Shown: piece by piece, positions 20,887 through 30,979 of the stretch | Layout of the letters: every line of letters starts with the position of its first letter | Numbering within the stretch: the stretch's first letter is position 1 | Assembly (NCBI GenBank): GCA_963719225.1 | Contig: CAVRAY010000001.1 | Coordinates: 96,001-160,000, forward strand | Length of the DNA: 64,000 nucleotides | Source: Thermoanaerobaculia bacterium | Lineage (GTDB): Bacteria; Acidobacteriota; Thermoanaerobaculia; UBA5066 | Direction of reading: 5' to 3' | Made by a program: the position numbers and the translations under genes | Notes under the pieces: generated by a model | Told to the model about the DNA's origin: nothing | Database searches by the model: none | Seen by the model: the letters and a program-made list of their open reading frames with translations, nothing else

Positions 20887-21456
20887 ATGAAATACGTTCT
20901 GAGGTGTGTACGATTTGCGGTTCTGGCGGCCGTCGTGACCGCGCTTCCGGCTTTCGTGGCGCTGGGCGACGAGACGAGCTCCGACGGTGCGCTGAAGCAC
21001 GCGTTGACGCACGTGAAAATCCGCGCCGCTCTGGTCGAGAAGCTGGGTGGCGACGGCCTTCACATCGACATCGACCTCGCCGGGAGCAAGGCGACTCTTC
21101 GCGGCGAAGTGGAGAAGAAATCGAGTCGGGATCTCGCGAAGGAAGTCGCTCTGTCGGTTTCGGGCGTCACGGAAGTCGATAGCCAGCTCCGGGTGAACCC
21201 GGGGCACCGGAGGAGCACTGGCAAGGCCGTCGAGGCAGATATCAAGGACACGGCGCTGGAGATCAAGGTGAAGCACGAGCTCCTCACCGAGATCGGCAAG
21301 AACGCGCTGAAAATCGAGGTGGAGGCGAGCGATGGCGTCGTGAGCCTTCGGGGGACCGTGCCGAGCTCCGAGGTCGAGAAGCTCGCGGTGCAGAAGGCCG
21401 AGCATGCGGGCGGCGTGAAGAAGGTCATCAACCTACTCAAGAAGAGTTCGGGATAG
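20887..21456 (+). CDS. Dual BON domain (OsmY-like) protein
   Basis: Signal peptide; two BON repeats (ATLRGEV, VSLRGTV, GVKKVIN). Confidence 0.9.
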   Translation: MKYVLRCVRFAVLAAVVTALPAFVALGDETSSDGALKHALTHVKIRAALVEKLGGDGLHIDIDLAGSKATLRGEVEKKSSRDLAKEVALSVSGVTEVDSQLRVNPGHRRSTGKAVEADIKDTALEIKVKHELLTEIGKNALKIEVEASDGVVSLRGTVPSSEVEKLAVQKAEHAGGVKKVINLLKKSSG

Positions 21457-21478
21457 AGAAAGTCCTTCGCCAGAGAGC

Positions 21479-21895
21479 TCAGCCCACGATACGGAAGCCC
21501 GCTGCGGCGAAGTGAGAATCAAACGTGAAGGCGACGCGGATTCGCGCCTTCGACATGAGCACGAAACTCGTCGCGTCCACGGCCGATAACTTGTGAAGAT
21601 CTCGTCTCTGGAAATAGCGGAAGGCTCTCGTTAGGTCTTCTTCTAAGCACTCGAGAACTCTGAGACGTGGCATCTCGCCCACCGCGTCCTTCCAGGCGAG
21701 CGCAACGTCCCGGGTGGCGTTGCGGTCGAGGAAGGTGAAAGTCTCGAGAACGACGGGTACCGACGTGTGGAGACGGGCGCCGGAGCCCTGGATCTCCTCC
21801 CACGCCTCGACGGCACGGTCGTGAAGCGGATCTCGCGAGAGCGCCAGAGCGATCCAGGCACCGGTGTCGACGAAGACGCCTTCGCCGGACCGCAT
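21479..21895 (-). CDS. VapC PIN-domain toxin
   Basis: FVDTGAW, SAVDATSF, FTFDSHF. Confidence 0.9.
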   Translation of the reverse strand: MRSGEGVFVDTGAWIALALSRDPLHDRAVEAWEEIQGSGARLHTSVPVVLETFTFLDRNATRDVALAWKDAVGEMPRLRVLECLEEDLTRAFRYFQRRDLHKLSAVDATSFVLMSKARIRVAFTFDSHFAAAGFRIVG

Positions 21896-22104
21896 CAGGA
21901 CTCGTCGTAGATGGAATCGTGCTCGGTCGAGGTGCGTCGCGGAACCCCGTTCCAGATGGAGACGGGGCCGCGGGGCGCGGGACGAAGCCATGTCTGGCGG
22001 ACGGCTTCGCGAACGAGATGCGCGACGCTCTTCCGCGACCTCTTCGCGGCCCGATGCAGGGCCGAGAGCTCTTCTTTGCGAAGGTAGACCTGCGTCTTCA
22101 CCAT
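21895..22104 (-). CDS. RHH/CopG antitoxin (VapB-like)
   Basis: MVKTQVYL...SVAHLVREAV; overlaps toxin start; GTGTCA-N15-TGACAC repeat upstream (22109-22135). Confidence 0.85.
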   Translation of the reverse strand: MVKTQVYLRKEELSALHRAAKRSRKSVAHLVREAVRQTWLRPAPRGPVSIWNGVPRRTSTEHDSIYDES

Positions 22105-22189
22105 GGAGGTGTCATTATTCAGTAGAGAGTGACACATATCAAGCGAGCCGCCCGAAGTTCGGTGGGGCAGGCTGCTCCGACGTTCGTCC

Positions 22190-22488
22190 GAAATCTTCGC
22201 GATTTCCGATCGTCAAGGAAGAGACGAACGACTCGAGCGGAGGTTGCTTCCGCTCGCTGCATCGGGGCAACGTGGTCGGGGAGACGACCGCGGGCTCGAC
22301 CGGCCAGCCGCTTCTCGTGCCGCTTCCAGGCGGAGGCTCGGTGAGAATCTGCTCCGAGCGGGACACTCTTGGTGACGGAACGGAATGGGTCGGGAAAGGT
22401 CTCGTTCCCGACGTCGAGGTCCATCCGCTGGCCGAGACGTGCGCACGTCGCGCGACCGGGTCCTCGAGAGGGTGCGCGAGGTCCTCAC
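22190..22488 (+). pseudogene. C-terminal remnant of S41 family peptidase
   Basis: VVGETTAGSTGQP...GKGLVPDVEVHP with no N-terminal part. Confidence 0.65.
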
Positions 22489-22492
22489 ATCC

Positions 22493-22536
22493 CGACAATA
22501 ATGTTTCCTCCATCTCAAAAGTCTACCTTTTTGTAG
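22493..22536. promoter_or_regulatory. Paired putative enhancer (UAS) sites
   Basis: CGACA-ATAA-TGTTT (22493) and CTACC-TTTT-TGTAG (22523), 30 bp apart. Confidence 0.6.
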
Positions 22537-22625
22537 CTCAGGAGACCGGCCATGCTGCTCGGTCGGCGAACGTCTAGCCCCGCGCCTGGAACCACTTCCG
22601 CTCCTGCCGGGGGAAAAGCACGCGG

Positions 22626-22641
22626 CGGCACGCACCGTGCG
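22626..22641 (+). promoter_or_regulatory. sigma54 -24/-12 promoter of amt operon
   Basis: CGGCACGCACCGTGCG (GG-N10-GC), ~30 nt before ATG. Confidence 0.7.
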
Positions 22642-22668
22642 AAAGGCGGCCCAACGGAGGGTGACTGT

Positions 22669-24264
22669 ATGACGAAAAAGAGGCTGATCTATTTTCTCGC
22701 TCTGTCGGGACTCGTCCTCGTGTCGTGGGCGGTTCTCGCGGATGCGACCGGCGACAAGACGGGCGGAATCGCGAACGTCCCCGCTCAGGTCCCTGGCAAG
22801 CCGACGCTCGAAGAGATCGGTGCGGCCGTCGGCCAGACGCGCGTTTCTCTGAATTTCGTCTGGACGCTCGTCGCCGGCTTCCTCGTCATGTTCATGCAGG
22901 CGGGCTTCGCGCTCGCGGAGACCGGCTTCACACGGGCGCGGAACGCTGCCCACACGATGATGATGAACTTCATGGTCTACGCCCTCGGGATCCTGGGGTT
23001 CTGGGTGTGCGGGTTCGCGCTGCAGATGGGCGGATCCGGAGCGCCGATGGGAGCCGCCCTGAGCGTTCCGGAGACGATGACGAAGCTCATCGGGCCATCC
23101 ATCGGCGGAAACGTGTGGGGACTCTTCGGCGGCACGGGGTTCTTCCTCTCGGGCGTGTCCTACGACGTCTCCGCGTTCGCCATCTTTCTCTTCCAGATGG
23201 TCTTCATGGACACCGCGCTGACGATCCCGACCGGCTCGATGGCCGAGCGGTGGAAGCTCTCGTCCTTCGTCGTCTACGGGATCGTCGTGTCGGCCGTGGT
23301 CTACCCCCTCTTCGCCTGCTGGGCCTGGGGCGGCGGCTGGCTGTCCACGCTCGGAAAGTACGTGGGCCTGGGGCACGGGTACGTCGACTTCGCGGGGTCC
23401 GGCGTCGTGCATTTGACCGGCGGCGTGATGGCGCTGGTCGGCGCGGTCGTCCTCGGTCCGCGCATCGGCAAGTACGTGAAAGGAGAGGCGCAGGCGATTC
23501 CGGGCCACAACCTCCCGATGGCCGTCCTCGGATGCTTCATCCTGGCCTTCGGCTGGTTCGGCTTCAACGCGGGCTCGACGCTCGCGGGGACCGACCTGAG
23601 AATCTCCATCGTCGCGGTGAACACGATGCTCGCCTCGGCGTCGGGGGCGCTCGTCGCGTTTCTCTACACGTGGAGGAAGTTCGGCCGGCCCGACCTTTCG
23701 ATGGCCGTCAACGGCATGCTCGCGGGCCTCGTGGCGATCACGGCACCCTGCGCCTTCGTGAACGCGCCAATTGCGGTTCTCATCGGCGCGGTGTCCGGCG
23801 TCCTCGTGGTCGCGGCCGCGCTCTTCATCGAGAACAGGTTGAAGATCGACGACCCGGTGGGCGCGATCGCCGTCCACGGAGTCAACGGCGCGTGGGGCCT
23901 CGTCGCGCTGGGCCTCTTCGCGGACGGGACCTACGGCGGCGGCCTGAACGGCGGCCCGGCGGCCGGCGTCGCGGGCCTTTTCTACGGAGATCCGAAACAG
24001 CTCGTGGCGCAGGTCGTCGGAATCGGCGCGAACCTTCTCTGGGTGGGTGGCTCGAGCTTCGCCCTCTTCAAGATCCTCGACCTGACGCTCGGCATGCGCG
24101 TGAGGCCGGAGCAGGAGATGCAGGGCCTGGACTTCAACGAAGTTTCGGCGCCCGCTTATCCCGGCGAAGGCTCGCCCGTCCATTTCCCCGTCTTCGCGAG
24201 CGTGCCCGCGAAGGTCACGTCTCCGCTGCTCGTGGCGCAGACCTCGCCGGCCGGCGGCAAGTGA
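22669..24264 (+). CDS. amtB: Ammonium transporter
   Basis: FMQAGFA, AERW, DFAGSGVVH, FGWFGFNAGS, DDPVGAIAVH. Confidence 0.96.
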   Translation: MTKKRLIYFLALSGLVLVSWAVLADATGDKTGGIANVPAQVPGKPTLEEIGAAVGQTRVSLNFVWTLVAGFLVMFMQAGFALAETGFTRARNAAHTMMMNFMVYALGILGFWVCGFALQMGGSGAPMGAALSVPETMTKLIGPSIGGNVWGLFGGTGFFLSGVSYDVSAFAIFLFQMVFMDTALTIPTGSMAERWKLSSFVVYGIVVSAVVYPLFACWAWGGGWLSTLGKYVGLGHGYVDFAGSGVVHLTGGVMALVGAVVLGPRIGKYVKGEAQAIPGHNLPMAVLGCFILAFGWFGFNAGSTLAGTDLRISIVAVNTMLASASGALVAFLYTWRKFGRPDLSMAVNGMLAGLVAITAPCAFVNAPIAVLIGAVSGVLVVAAALFIENRLKIDDPVGAIAVHGVNGAWGLVALGLFADGTYGGGLNGGPAAGVAGLFYGDPKQLVAQVVGIGANLLWVGGSSFALFKILDLTLGMRVRPEQEMQGLDFNEVSAPAYPGEGSPVHFPVFASVPAKVTSPLLVAQTSPAGGK

Positions 24265-24279
24265 GAGGAGCGACGATCC

Positions 24280-24645
24280 ATGAAAATGATCACCGCGATC
24301 ATCCGCCCGGAAAAGCTGGACGACGTGAAGGCCGCCCTCTTTGCGGCCGAGGTCGAGGGACTCACGATCACGCGGGTCTCGGGCCACGGAGGAGAGAAGA
24401 CGGTCCTCGAGAGCTACCGCGGGCACCCGCTCGTCTACGAGTTCCACGACAAGGTCCGGCTCGACATCGGCGTCTCGGAGCCGTTCGTCGACGTGACCAT
24501 CGAGGCGATCGTCAACGCGGGCAAGACCGGCCAGGTCGGTGACGGAAAAATCTTCGTCATGCCCGTCGAGAGGGTCGTGAGGATCAGGACGGGCGAGCTG
24601 GACCGGGACGCGGTCACGCCCGTCCAGATGCTCCAGAAGAAGTAG
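24280..24645 (+). CDS. glnK: P-II family nitrogen regulator
   Basis: MKMITAIIRP, YRG, TGQVGDGKIF, IRTGE; adjacent to amt. Confidence 0.92.
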   Translation: MKMITAIIRPEKLDDVKAALFAAEVEGLTITRVSGHGGEKTVLESYRGHPLVYEFHDKVRLDIGVSEPFVDVTIEAIVNAGKTGQVGDGKIFVMPVERVVRIRTGELDRDAVTPVQMLQKK

Positions 24646-24723
24646 CCGCGCCCACTCGAATATACGAGAAACGAGGCAGGGCTTCTCCTCGCGAGGAGCC
24701 CTCCGTGAAAGGAGTTCCCTTCG

Positions 24724-25899
24724 ATGACCCGACTTCGCCGGGCCCGCCCTCTGTGTTGCTTCCGCCTCGACACGCTCGCGTTCGCCGTGACGGCGGCGCT
24801 CCTGGCCGCGCGACCGGCGCCCGGCCAGCCGGCCGCAACACCGGCACCCTCGTCCGCCCCTGCGCCGTCCGCCATCAAGCCCTGGTACGAGGAGATCGCC
24901 GTCAACGGCCTCGTCTCCGCGAGCTACTCCTACAACTTCAATCGTCCGGACTCCGGGACGAACCAGCTTCGGGTCTTCGACTTCGACGACAACACGTTCA
25001 AGGTCGATGTCGCCGAGATCGTCCTCCAGAAAGCCGTCGGGAAACCGGGCGAGGCGGGGTTTCGCGTCGACCTGGCGGCCGGCTCGTCGATCCCGCGCGT
25101 CTCGTCCTCGTTCGGCCTCCTTCAGGGGCAGGACGTCGACCTCCAGCAGGCGTTCGTGAGCTGGATCGCGCCGCTCGGAAGCGGCCTCCGACTCGACGCG
25201 GGTAAATTCGTCACGCACCTCGGGTACGAGGTGATCGAGGGATACGACGGCGCCAACGACAACGCGAGCCGCTCTTTTCTCTTCGGCTTCGCGATCCCGT
25301 TCGCACACACCGGTCTGAAGGCGTCCTATACGTTCAGCGACCAGCTCGCCGGAATGTTCGAGATCTGCAACGGCTGGGACGTCGCGCGGGACAACAACAC
25401 CTCGAAGAGCGTCGGCCTGCAGCTCACCTGGACGCCGACGAAGGCCGTGACGATCTACGGAAACTTCATGACGGGTCCCGAACGGGCGAACGTCAACTCC
25501 GATCCCCGGAGCATCTTCAACGTCGTGGCTCAATGGAAGATCACCGACCTGACCGTCTTCGCGCTCGACGCCGTCTATGGCAGCGAGAAAAAGGCGGTGA
25601 CGCCGGGCGAGACCGCGTCGTGGTCCGGAATCGCCGGTTACGCGCGTCTCGGCGTCAGCGGCGTCTTTGCGGTCTGCCTCAGGGCCGAGTTCTTCAACGA
25701 CGCGGACGGAGCGCGGACGGGCACGCCGCAGAAGGTCAAGGAAATCACCGTCACCCCCGAGTTCAAGGTGTCGTCCCACCTGACCTTCCGGGGAGATCTG
25801 CGCGTCGACTGGTCCGACGCCGACGTTTTCGGAAAGACCGACGGCGCCTTCAAGGGCAGCCAGCCGACGGTCCTCCTGAACGGCATCTACGCGTTCTAA
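24724..25899 (+). CDS. Outer-membrane beta-barrel porin (DUF1597/BBP2-like)
   Basis: Signal peptide, GKFVTHLGYEVI, PFAHTG, NGWD, terminal Phe. Confidence 0.85.
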   Translation: MTRLRRARPLCCFRLDTLAFAVTAALLAARPAPGQPAATPAPSSAPAPSAIKPWYEEIAVNGLVSASYSYNFNRPDSGTNQLRVFDFDDNTFKVDVAEIVLQKAVGKPGEAGFRVDLAAGSSIPRVSSSFGLLQGQDVDLQQAFVSWIAPLGSGLRLDAGKFVTHLGYEVIEGYDGANDNASRSFLFGFAIPFAHTGLKASYTFSDQLAGMFEICNGWDVARDNNTSKSVGLQLTWTPTKAVTIYGNFMTGPERANVNSDPRSIFNVVAQWKITDLTVFALDAVYGSEKKAVTPGETASWSGIAGYARLGVSGVFAVCLRAEFFNDADGARTGTPQKVKEITVTPEFKVSSHLTFRGDLRVDWSDADVFGKTDGAFKGSQPTVLLNGIYAF

Positions 25900-25929
25900 T
25901 GGGACGGAGAAGTCCGCTTCAGACGAGCT

Positions 25930-25974
25930 CGACATTTTTGTTTAAAGGAGCCTTCGGTTCCGACATTCCTGTAG
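25930..25974. promoter_or_regulatory. Second pair of the same sites, upstream of activator gene
   Basis: CGACA-TTTT-TGTTT (25930) and CGACA-TTCC-TGTAG (25961), 31 bp apart. Confidence 0.6.
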
Positions 25975-25984
25975 GATCCCCGGA

Positions 25985-27541
25985 ATGCCGAGGAGCCGTC
26001 CCGATCCGCCCGGAAATCTGCGCGAGCTCCCGGCCCTCCTGGAGCTCTCGCAGATGCTCGGATCCGCGCGGGGCTTCCGTGCCGCGCTGGACGGTGCTCT
26101 CGCCATTCTGCGCGAGAGCTACGGGGGAAGCGTCGTCACCGCCGCGCTCGTCGACGAGGCGACCGGCGAGCTGAAGCTCGAAGCCTCCGCGGGACTTCCC
26201 GCCGGACGGCGGCACCTGCCGAAGCTCCGCCCGGGCGAGGGGGTGACGGGCCGCGTCGTGGCGAGCGGAAAGGCGATCGTCGTTCCGCAGGTGACGCGCG
26301 AGCCGCTTCTCAGGATGCCTAACGAGGTTCTTCCCGCCTCGGCCGCAGCACGGCGCGAGCTGAGCTTCGTGTCCGTTCCCCTCGTCGTGGAAGGCTGGAC
26401 GGTCGGCGCGCTGGGGCTCGCGCTGCCCTACGAACCGGAACGCGACTTCGCGCGGACCACGTCGTTTCTCAAGGTCGTGTCCTCGCTTCTCGGACAGGCG
26501 ATGCACGTGGATCGGCTCATCGAAGGGGAGCGCGAACACCTTCTCGACGAGAACCTCAAGCTCAAGCGCGAGCTGAAAGGCCGATACGACCTCAAGAACA
26601 TCGTCGGCCACAGCCGCCCGATGGAGGAGCTCTACGAGCAGGTCGTCCAGGCGGCCCCGCGCGATACGACCGTCCTCATCCGCGGCGAGTCGGGAAGCGG
26701 CAAGGAGCTCGTCGCGCACGCTCTCCACTACAACTCCCCGCGCGCGGGCAAACCGTTCGTGAGGGTCAGCTGTGCCGCTCTTCCGGAAAGCCTGATCGAG
26801 TCGGAACTGTTCGGCTACGAGCCGGGCGCCTTCACGGACGCGCGGATCCAGAAGAAAGGGCGCTTCGAGCTCGCCGACAAGGGGACGCTCTTCCTGGACG
26901 AGGTGGGAGACCTTTCCGCCGCGACGCAGGTGAAGCTCCTGCGCGTCCTGCAGGAGCGGGAGTTCGAGAGGCTCGGCGGCACGCATCCGGTTTCCGTCGA
27001 CATCCGCCTCGTGGCTGCGACGAACCGCGACCTCGAAGCCGCGATGTCCAAGGGAAAATTCCGCGAGGACCTCTTCTACCGCCTCAACGTGTTCACGATC
27101 TTCCTGCCGCCCCTGCGCGACCGGCGCCCGGACATCCCGCTTCTCGCGGACCACTTCGTCGAGAAGTACGCGACACGGCACCGCAAGGACGTGAGGCGCA
27201 TCTCGACGCCGGCGATCGACGTCCTCATGAGCTATCACTGGCCGGGGAACGTCCGTGAGCTGGAGAACTGCATCGAGCGGGCCGTCCTCGTGTGTGACGG
27301 CGGCGTCCTCCACGCCCATCACCTCCCCCCGACGCTGCAGACCGCCGAGGTTTCCGGAACGCTCCCGCGCCAGTCGCTCGGGGCGGCGGTCGAGGCGTAC
27401 GAGAAGGACCTGCTCCTCGACAGCCTGAAGATCGCGCGCGGAAACCGGGCGAAGGCGGCGCGCCTTCTGCAGACGACCGAGCGCATCTTCGGCTACCGCC
27501 TCAAGCGGTACGGGATCGAGGCGGACCGCTTCCGGCCCTGA
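25985..27541 (+). CDS. NifA-like sigma54 activator (GAF-AAA+-HTH)
   Basis: GAF, GESGSGKE, ESELFG, GAFTDA, WPGNVREL, Fis HTH. Confidence 0.93.
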   Translation: MPRSRPDPPGNLRELPALLELSQMLGSARGFRAALDGALAILRESYGGSVVTAALVDEATGELKLEASAGLPAGRRHLPKLRPGEGVTGRVVASGKAIVVPQVTREPLLRMPNEVLPASAAARRELSFVSVPLVVEGWTVGALGLALPYEPERDFARTTSFLKVVSSLLGQAMHVDRLIEGEREHLLDENLKLKRELKGRYDLKNIVGHSRPMEELYEQVVQAAPRDTTVLIRGESGSGKELVAHALHYNSPRAGKPFVRVSCAALPESLIESELFGYEPGAFTDARIQKKGRFELADKGTLFLDEVGDLSAATQVKLLRVLQEREFERLGGTHPVSVDIRLVAATNRDLEAAMSKGKFREDLFYRLNVFTIFLPPLRDRRPDIPLLADHFVEKYATRHRKDVRRISTPAIDVLMSYHWPGNVRELENCIERAVLVCDGGVLHAHHLPPTLQTAEVSGTLPRQSLGAAVEAYEKDLLLDSLKIARGNRAKAARLLQTTERIFGYRLKRYGIEADRFRP

Positions 27542-27547
27542 GAGTTC

Positions 27548-29215
27548 CTACGCGAGCTTCTGGTAGAAGTCGTTTCCCTTGTCGTCCACGAGGATGAACG
27601 CGGGGAAGTCGACGACGTCGATCGCCCACACCGCTTCCATTCCGAGCTCCGGAAACTCCACGACTTCCACCTTCTTGATGTTCTCGTCGGCCAGGAGCGC
27701 GGCCGGGCCGCCCGGCGAGCCGAGGTAGAAGCCGCCGTGCTTCTTGCACGCCTCGGTCACCTTCGGGCTGCGGTTGCCCTTCGCGATCATGACCATCGAG
27801 CCGCCCTTCGACTGGAAGAGATCGACGTACGAGTCCATGCGGCCGGCGGTCGTCGGCCCGAAGGAGCCCGACGCCTTCCCCTTCGGTTTCTTCGCGGGGC
27901 CGGCGTAATAGACCGGATGGTCCTTGAAGTACTGCGGCAGATCGGCGCCGGAGTCGAGGCGCTCCTTGAGCTTCGCGTGCGCGATATCGCGCGCGACGAC
28001 GAGCCTCCCCGTGAGAGCGAGCGGCGTCGAGACGGGATGCTTCGAGAGCTCGGCGAGGATCTCCGGCATCGGCTTGTTCAGGTCGACCCTCACGAGGCCC
28101 GCGTGCTCCTTTGCTTCCGTGCGAACGGGAAGGAGCGCTTCGGGGTGGCGCTCGAGCTCCTCGAGCCAGAGGCCGTTCTCGTCGATCTTCGCGAGAACGT
28201 TGCGGTCGGCCGAGCACGAGACGCCCATACCCACGGGGCAGGATGCGCCGTGCCGCGGCAGTCGGATGACCCGGATGTCGTGCGCGAAGTACTTGCCGCC
28301 GAACTGCGCCCCGAAGCCGAGCTTCTGCGCCTTCTCGAGCAGCCTTTTCTCCAGCCCCGGGTCGCGGAACGCGCGGCCGGAGGCATCGCCCGTCGTCGGC
28401 AGCGAGTCGTAATACCCGGTGGATGCGAGCTTCACCGTCTTCATGCAGGCTTCCGCCGACGTACCGCCGACGACGATCGCGATGTGGTACGGAGGGCACG
28501 CCGCCGTGCCGAGGCTCTTCATCTTCTCGACGAGGAACGCTTCGAGGCTGGCGGGGTTCAAGAGCGCCTTCGTCTCCTGGAAGAGCGCGCTCTTGTTCGC
28601 CGAGCCGCCGCCCTTCGCGACGAAGAGGAGCTTGTATTCCATGCCCGGCGTCGCGAAGATGTCGATCTGCGCGGGCAGGTTGTTGCCCGTGTTGACCTCG
28701 TCGTACATCGTGAGCGCGGCCGTCTGCGAATAGCGGAGGTTCTCCTCGGTGTAGGTCTTCCAGATGCCTTTCGAGATGAGGGCGGCGTCGTCCGCTCCCG
28801 TCCAGACCTGCTGGCCCTTCCAGCCCACGACCGTCGCCGTGCCCGTGTCCTGGCAGAACGGCAGCTCGAACTTCGCCGAGACCGCCGCGTTGCGCAGCAG
28901 CGTCGTCGCCATGAAGCGGTCGTTCGGAGAGGCCTCGGGGTCCTTCAGGATGGACGCGACCTGCTGCTGGTGCTTCGGCCGCAGAAGGAACGACACGTCG
29001 CGCATCGCTTCGTACGCGAGGAGCGAGAGCGCGCTCGGGTCCACGACGAGGACCGGCTTGCCGCCGAACCTGCCCTTCTTGACGAATTTCTTCGAGACGA
29101 GCCGGTACGACGTCGTGTCCTCACCCCTCTGGAAGGGCTTCGAATAGGCGAAGTCGCTCTTCGCGGATGCCTTCTTCGGACTTTGTTTCTTCGCGAGCTG
29201 CTTCTTCGCCGGCAT
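27548..29215 (-). CDS. fumA: Class I Fe-S fumarate hydratase
   Basis: [36 protein letters not shown]. Confidence 0.95.
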   Translation of the reverse strand: MPAKKQLAKKQSPKKASAKSDFAYSKPFQRGEDTTSYRLVSKKFVKKGRFGGKPVLVVDPSALSLLAYEAMRDVSFLLRPKHQQQVASILKDPEASPNDRFMATTLLRNAAVSAKFELPFCQDTGTATVVGWKGQQVWTGADDAALISKGIWKTYTEENLRYSQTAALTMYDEVNTGNNLPAQIDIFATPGMEYKLLFVAKGGGSANKSALFQETKALLNPASLEAFLVEKMKSLGTAACPPYHIAIVVGGTSAEACMKTVKLASTGYYDSLPTTGDASGRAFRDPGLEKRLLEKAQKLGFGAQFGGKYFAHDIRVIRLPRHGASCPVGMGVSCSADRNVLAKIDENGLWLEELERHPEALLPVRTEAKEHAGLVRVDLNKPMPEILAELSKHPVSTPLALTGRLVVARDIAHAKLKERLDSGADLPQYFKDHPVYYAGPAKKPKGKASGSFGPTTAGRMDSYVDLFQSKGGSMVMIAKGNRSPKVTEACKKHGGFYLGSPGGPAALLADENIKKVEVVEFPELGMEAVWAIDVVDFPAFILVDDKGNDFYQKLA

Positions 29216-29318
29216 GGGAGTTTCCTCCATTGAGGAAATTACCCGACGCCGGGCGCGCCGACTCTGATGCGGATGAACCATCGGCGCTCCAGCGGTTGGC
29301 AAATCTTCAAGGCGAAAT

Positions 29319-29334
29319 GGGCACGGCATGTGCT
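29319..29334 (+). promoter_or_regulatory. sigma54 -24/-12 promoter
   Basis: GGGCACGGCATGTGCT (GG-N10-GC). Confidence 0.6.
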
Positions 29335-29355
29335 GCCTTCTTCGTGGAGGGCGAA

Positions 29356-29799
29356 ATGTCTACAACCACCATCGAAAACAAGATCGCCGAAAAGGAGCTG
29401 CTGGACCTCGAGAATCGCTACTGGCGCGCGATCAAGGAAAAGGACGTGGATGCGGCGCTCAGGCTCACGGAATTCCCGTGCCTCGTCGCCGGCGCGTCGG
29501 GCGTCGGGCTCATCGACAGAGAGAAGTACGTGAAAATGATGACGGGCGCCAAATACACGCTTCACGACTTCGAGGTGAAGAAAGCGGAAGTGAAGCTTTT
29601 CTCGGACGACGTCGCGGGCGTGGCGTACGAGGTCCACGAGGATCTGACCGTGGACGACAAGAAGGTGAGCATGGACGCGACCGACACGTCCGTCTGGGTG
29701 CGGCGGAACGGCCGCTGGCTCTGCGCGATGCACACGGAATCGCTCAAGGGCGATCCCTACGGGCGGGACCGGAAGCAAGCGGCGCCCGCGACGACCTAG
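29356..29799 (+). CDS. NTF2-like (DUF4440) protein
   Basis: [18 protein letters not shown]; GGAGG RBS. Confidence 0.85.
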   Translation: MSTTTIENKIAEKELLDLENRYWRAIKEKDVDAALRLTEFPCLVAGASGVGLIDREKYVKMMTGAKYTLHDFEVKKAEVKLFSDDVAGVAYEVHEDLTVDDKKVSMDATDTSVWVRRNGRWLCAMHTESLKGDPYGRDRKQAAPATT

Positions 29800-29892
29800 G
29801 CCAGCGTTTCGGACGCGCGTCGGGAAAAAGGGTCGCGAAGAACCAGCACGTCACGGGAACCACTGGTACTGCCACTGCGTAAAGTGGAGTAG

Positions 29893-30963
29893 ATGCGTGG
29901 AGGTCCTGCGCTCGCCCTTTCCGCCGCTCTCGCCGTGCTTGGCCCTTCCGCCGTTGCGGGGGAGCCGGCGGCTGACTCTGAGCGAATCCAGCTCGAGGTC
30001 GACACGAGCGAGGCGGAAGCTGTCCTCGCGGCCGTGAGCGCGACGACGAAGGCCGGTGGGCCCGCCTGGGAGAGGATATTTTCCAGCACACCGTACCAGC
30101 GCCTGAAGAAACGCGAGGCGTCGCTCCACCGGGAGTTCACCGACGACGACTTCAAGAAGTTCGTCCTTTCCGGCGATCTGGCCCGGCGGGCGCCGGAGCT
30201 GCGGCGCACGTTGGACGCCTGGGCCAGGGAGGACCTCGTGGCGGCGGCCCGACGCGTCCTTCCCTATCTTCCGGATGAAGCGGTCATCGACGCCCGCGTG
30301 TATCTCATGATCAAGCCGCAGAAGAACAGCTTCGTCTTCGAGGTCTCGACCGACCCGGCGATCTTTCTCTACCTCGACCCTGAAGTGACGCCGGCGAAGT
30401 TCGCGAACACGGTCGCGCACGAGCTGCACCACATCGGCTACTCGAGCGTGAAGCCCGCGAAGAGCGGCCTGGAGAATCTTTCGCCCGCTGCCCGCACGGC
30501 CGTGGAATGGATGGGCGCGTTCGGCGAAGGCTTCGCGATGCTCGCGGCCGCCGGGTCGCCCGACGTGCATCCTCACGCCGTGAGCCCGAAGAAGGAACGG
30601 GCCCGCTGGGATCGCGACATGGCGAATTTCGACAGGGACCTGAAGAGCCTCGAGACTTTCTTCCTCGACGTCATCGACGGCCGGCTGAAGGCCGAGGCCG
30701 AGATCAACGAGCGGGGACTCTTGTTCTTCGGGACCCAGGGTCCCTGGTACACAGTGGGCTACCGGATGGCGGTCCTCGTCGAGAAGAGCGAGGGCCGCAG
30801 GAAGCTGATTGCATGCATGTCCGATCCGCGCCGGCTCCTGGCCACGTACAACCGGGTCGCGGCGGAGCTGAACAAGAAGGGCAACCCGCCGCTCGCGCTC
30901 TGGTCGGGCGAGCTTCTCACCCGGATCGGAGCCGTGGTCGTTTCCGGAAAGGCATCTCCCTGA
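29893..30963 (+). CDS. Secreted putative Zn-dependent protease (DUF5700/DUF2268-like)
   Basis: Signal peptide, AHELHH, EGFA, YTVGY. Confidence 0.75.
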   Translation: MRGGPALALSAALAVLGPSAVAGEPAADSERIQLEVDTSEAEAVLAAVSATTKAGGPAWERIFSSTPYQRLKKREASLHREFTDDDFKKFVLSGDLARRAPELRRTLDAWAREDLVAAARRVLPYLPDEAVIDARVYLMIKPQKNSFVFEVSTDPAIFLYLDPEVTPAKFANTVAHELHHIGYSSVKPAKSGLENLSPAARTAVEWMGAFGEGFAMLAAAGSPDVHPHAVSPKKERARWDRDMANFDRDLKSLETFFLDVIDGRLKAEAEINERGLLFFGTQGPWYTVGYRMAVLVEKSEGRRKLIACMSDPRRLLATYNRVAAELNKKGNPPLALWSGELLTRIGAVVVSGKASP

Positions 30964-30979
30964 CTCTCGGTCCTCGCCG

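Noticed and set aside
22213-25935. 1240-aa minus-strand ORF, and similar long ORFs (42382..45624, 33607..35325, N-terminal parts of 12..2693, 4379..7456, 55514..59575)
   Set aside because: Antisense or off-frame shadows of real genes, typical of high-GC DNA; no motifs
25985-27541. Calling this nifA and inferring nitrogen fixation
   Set aside because: No nif genes in the window; context is ammonium uptake
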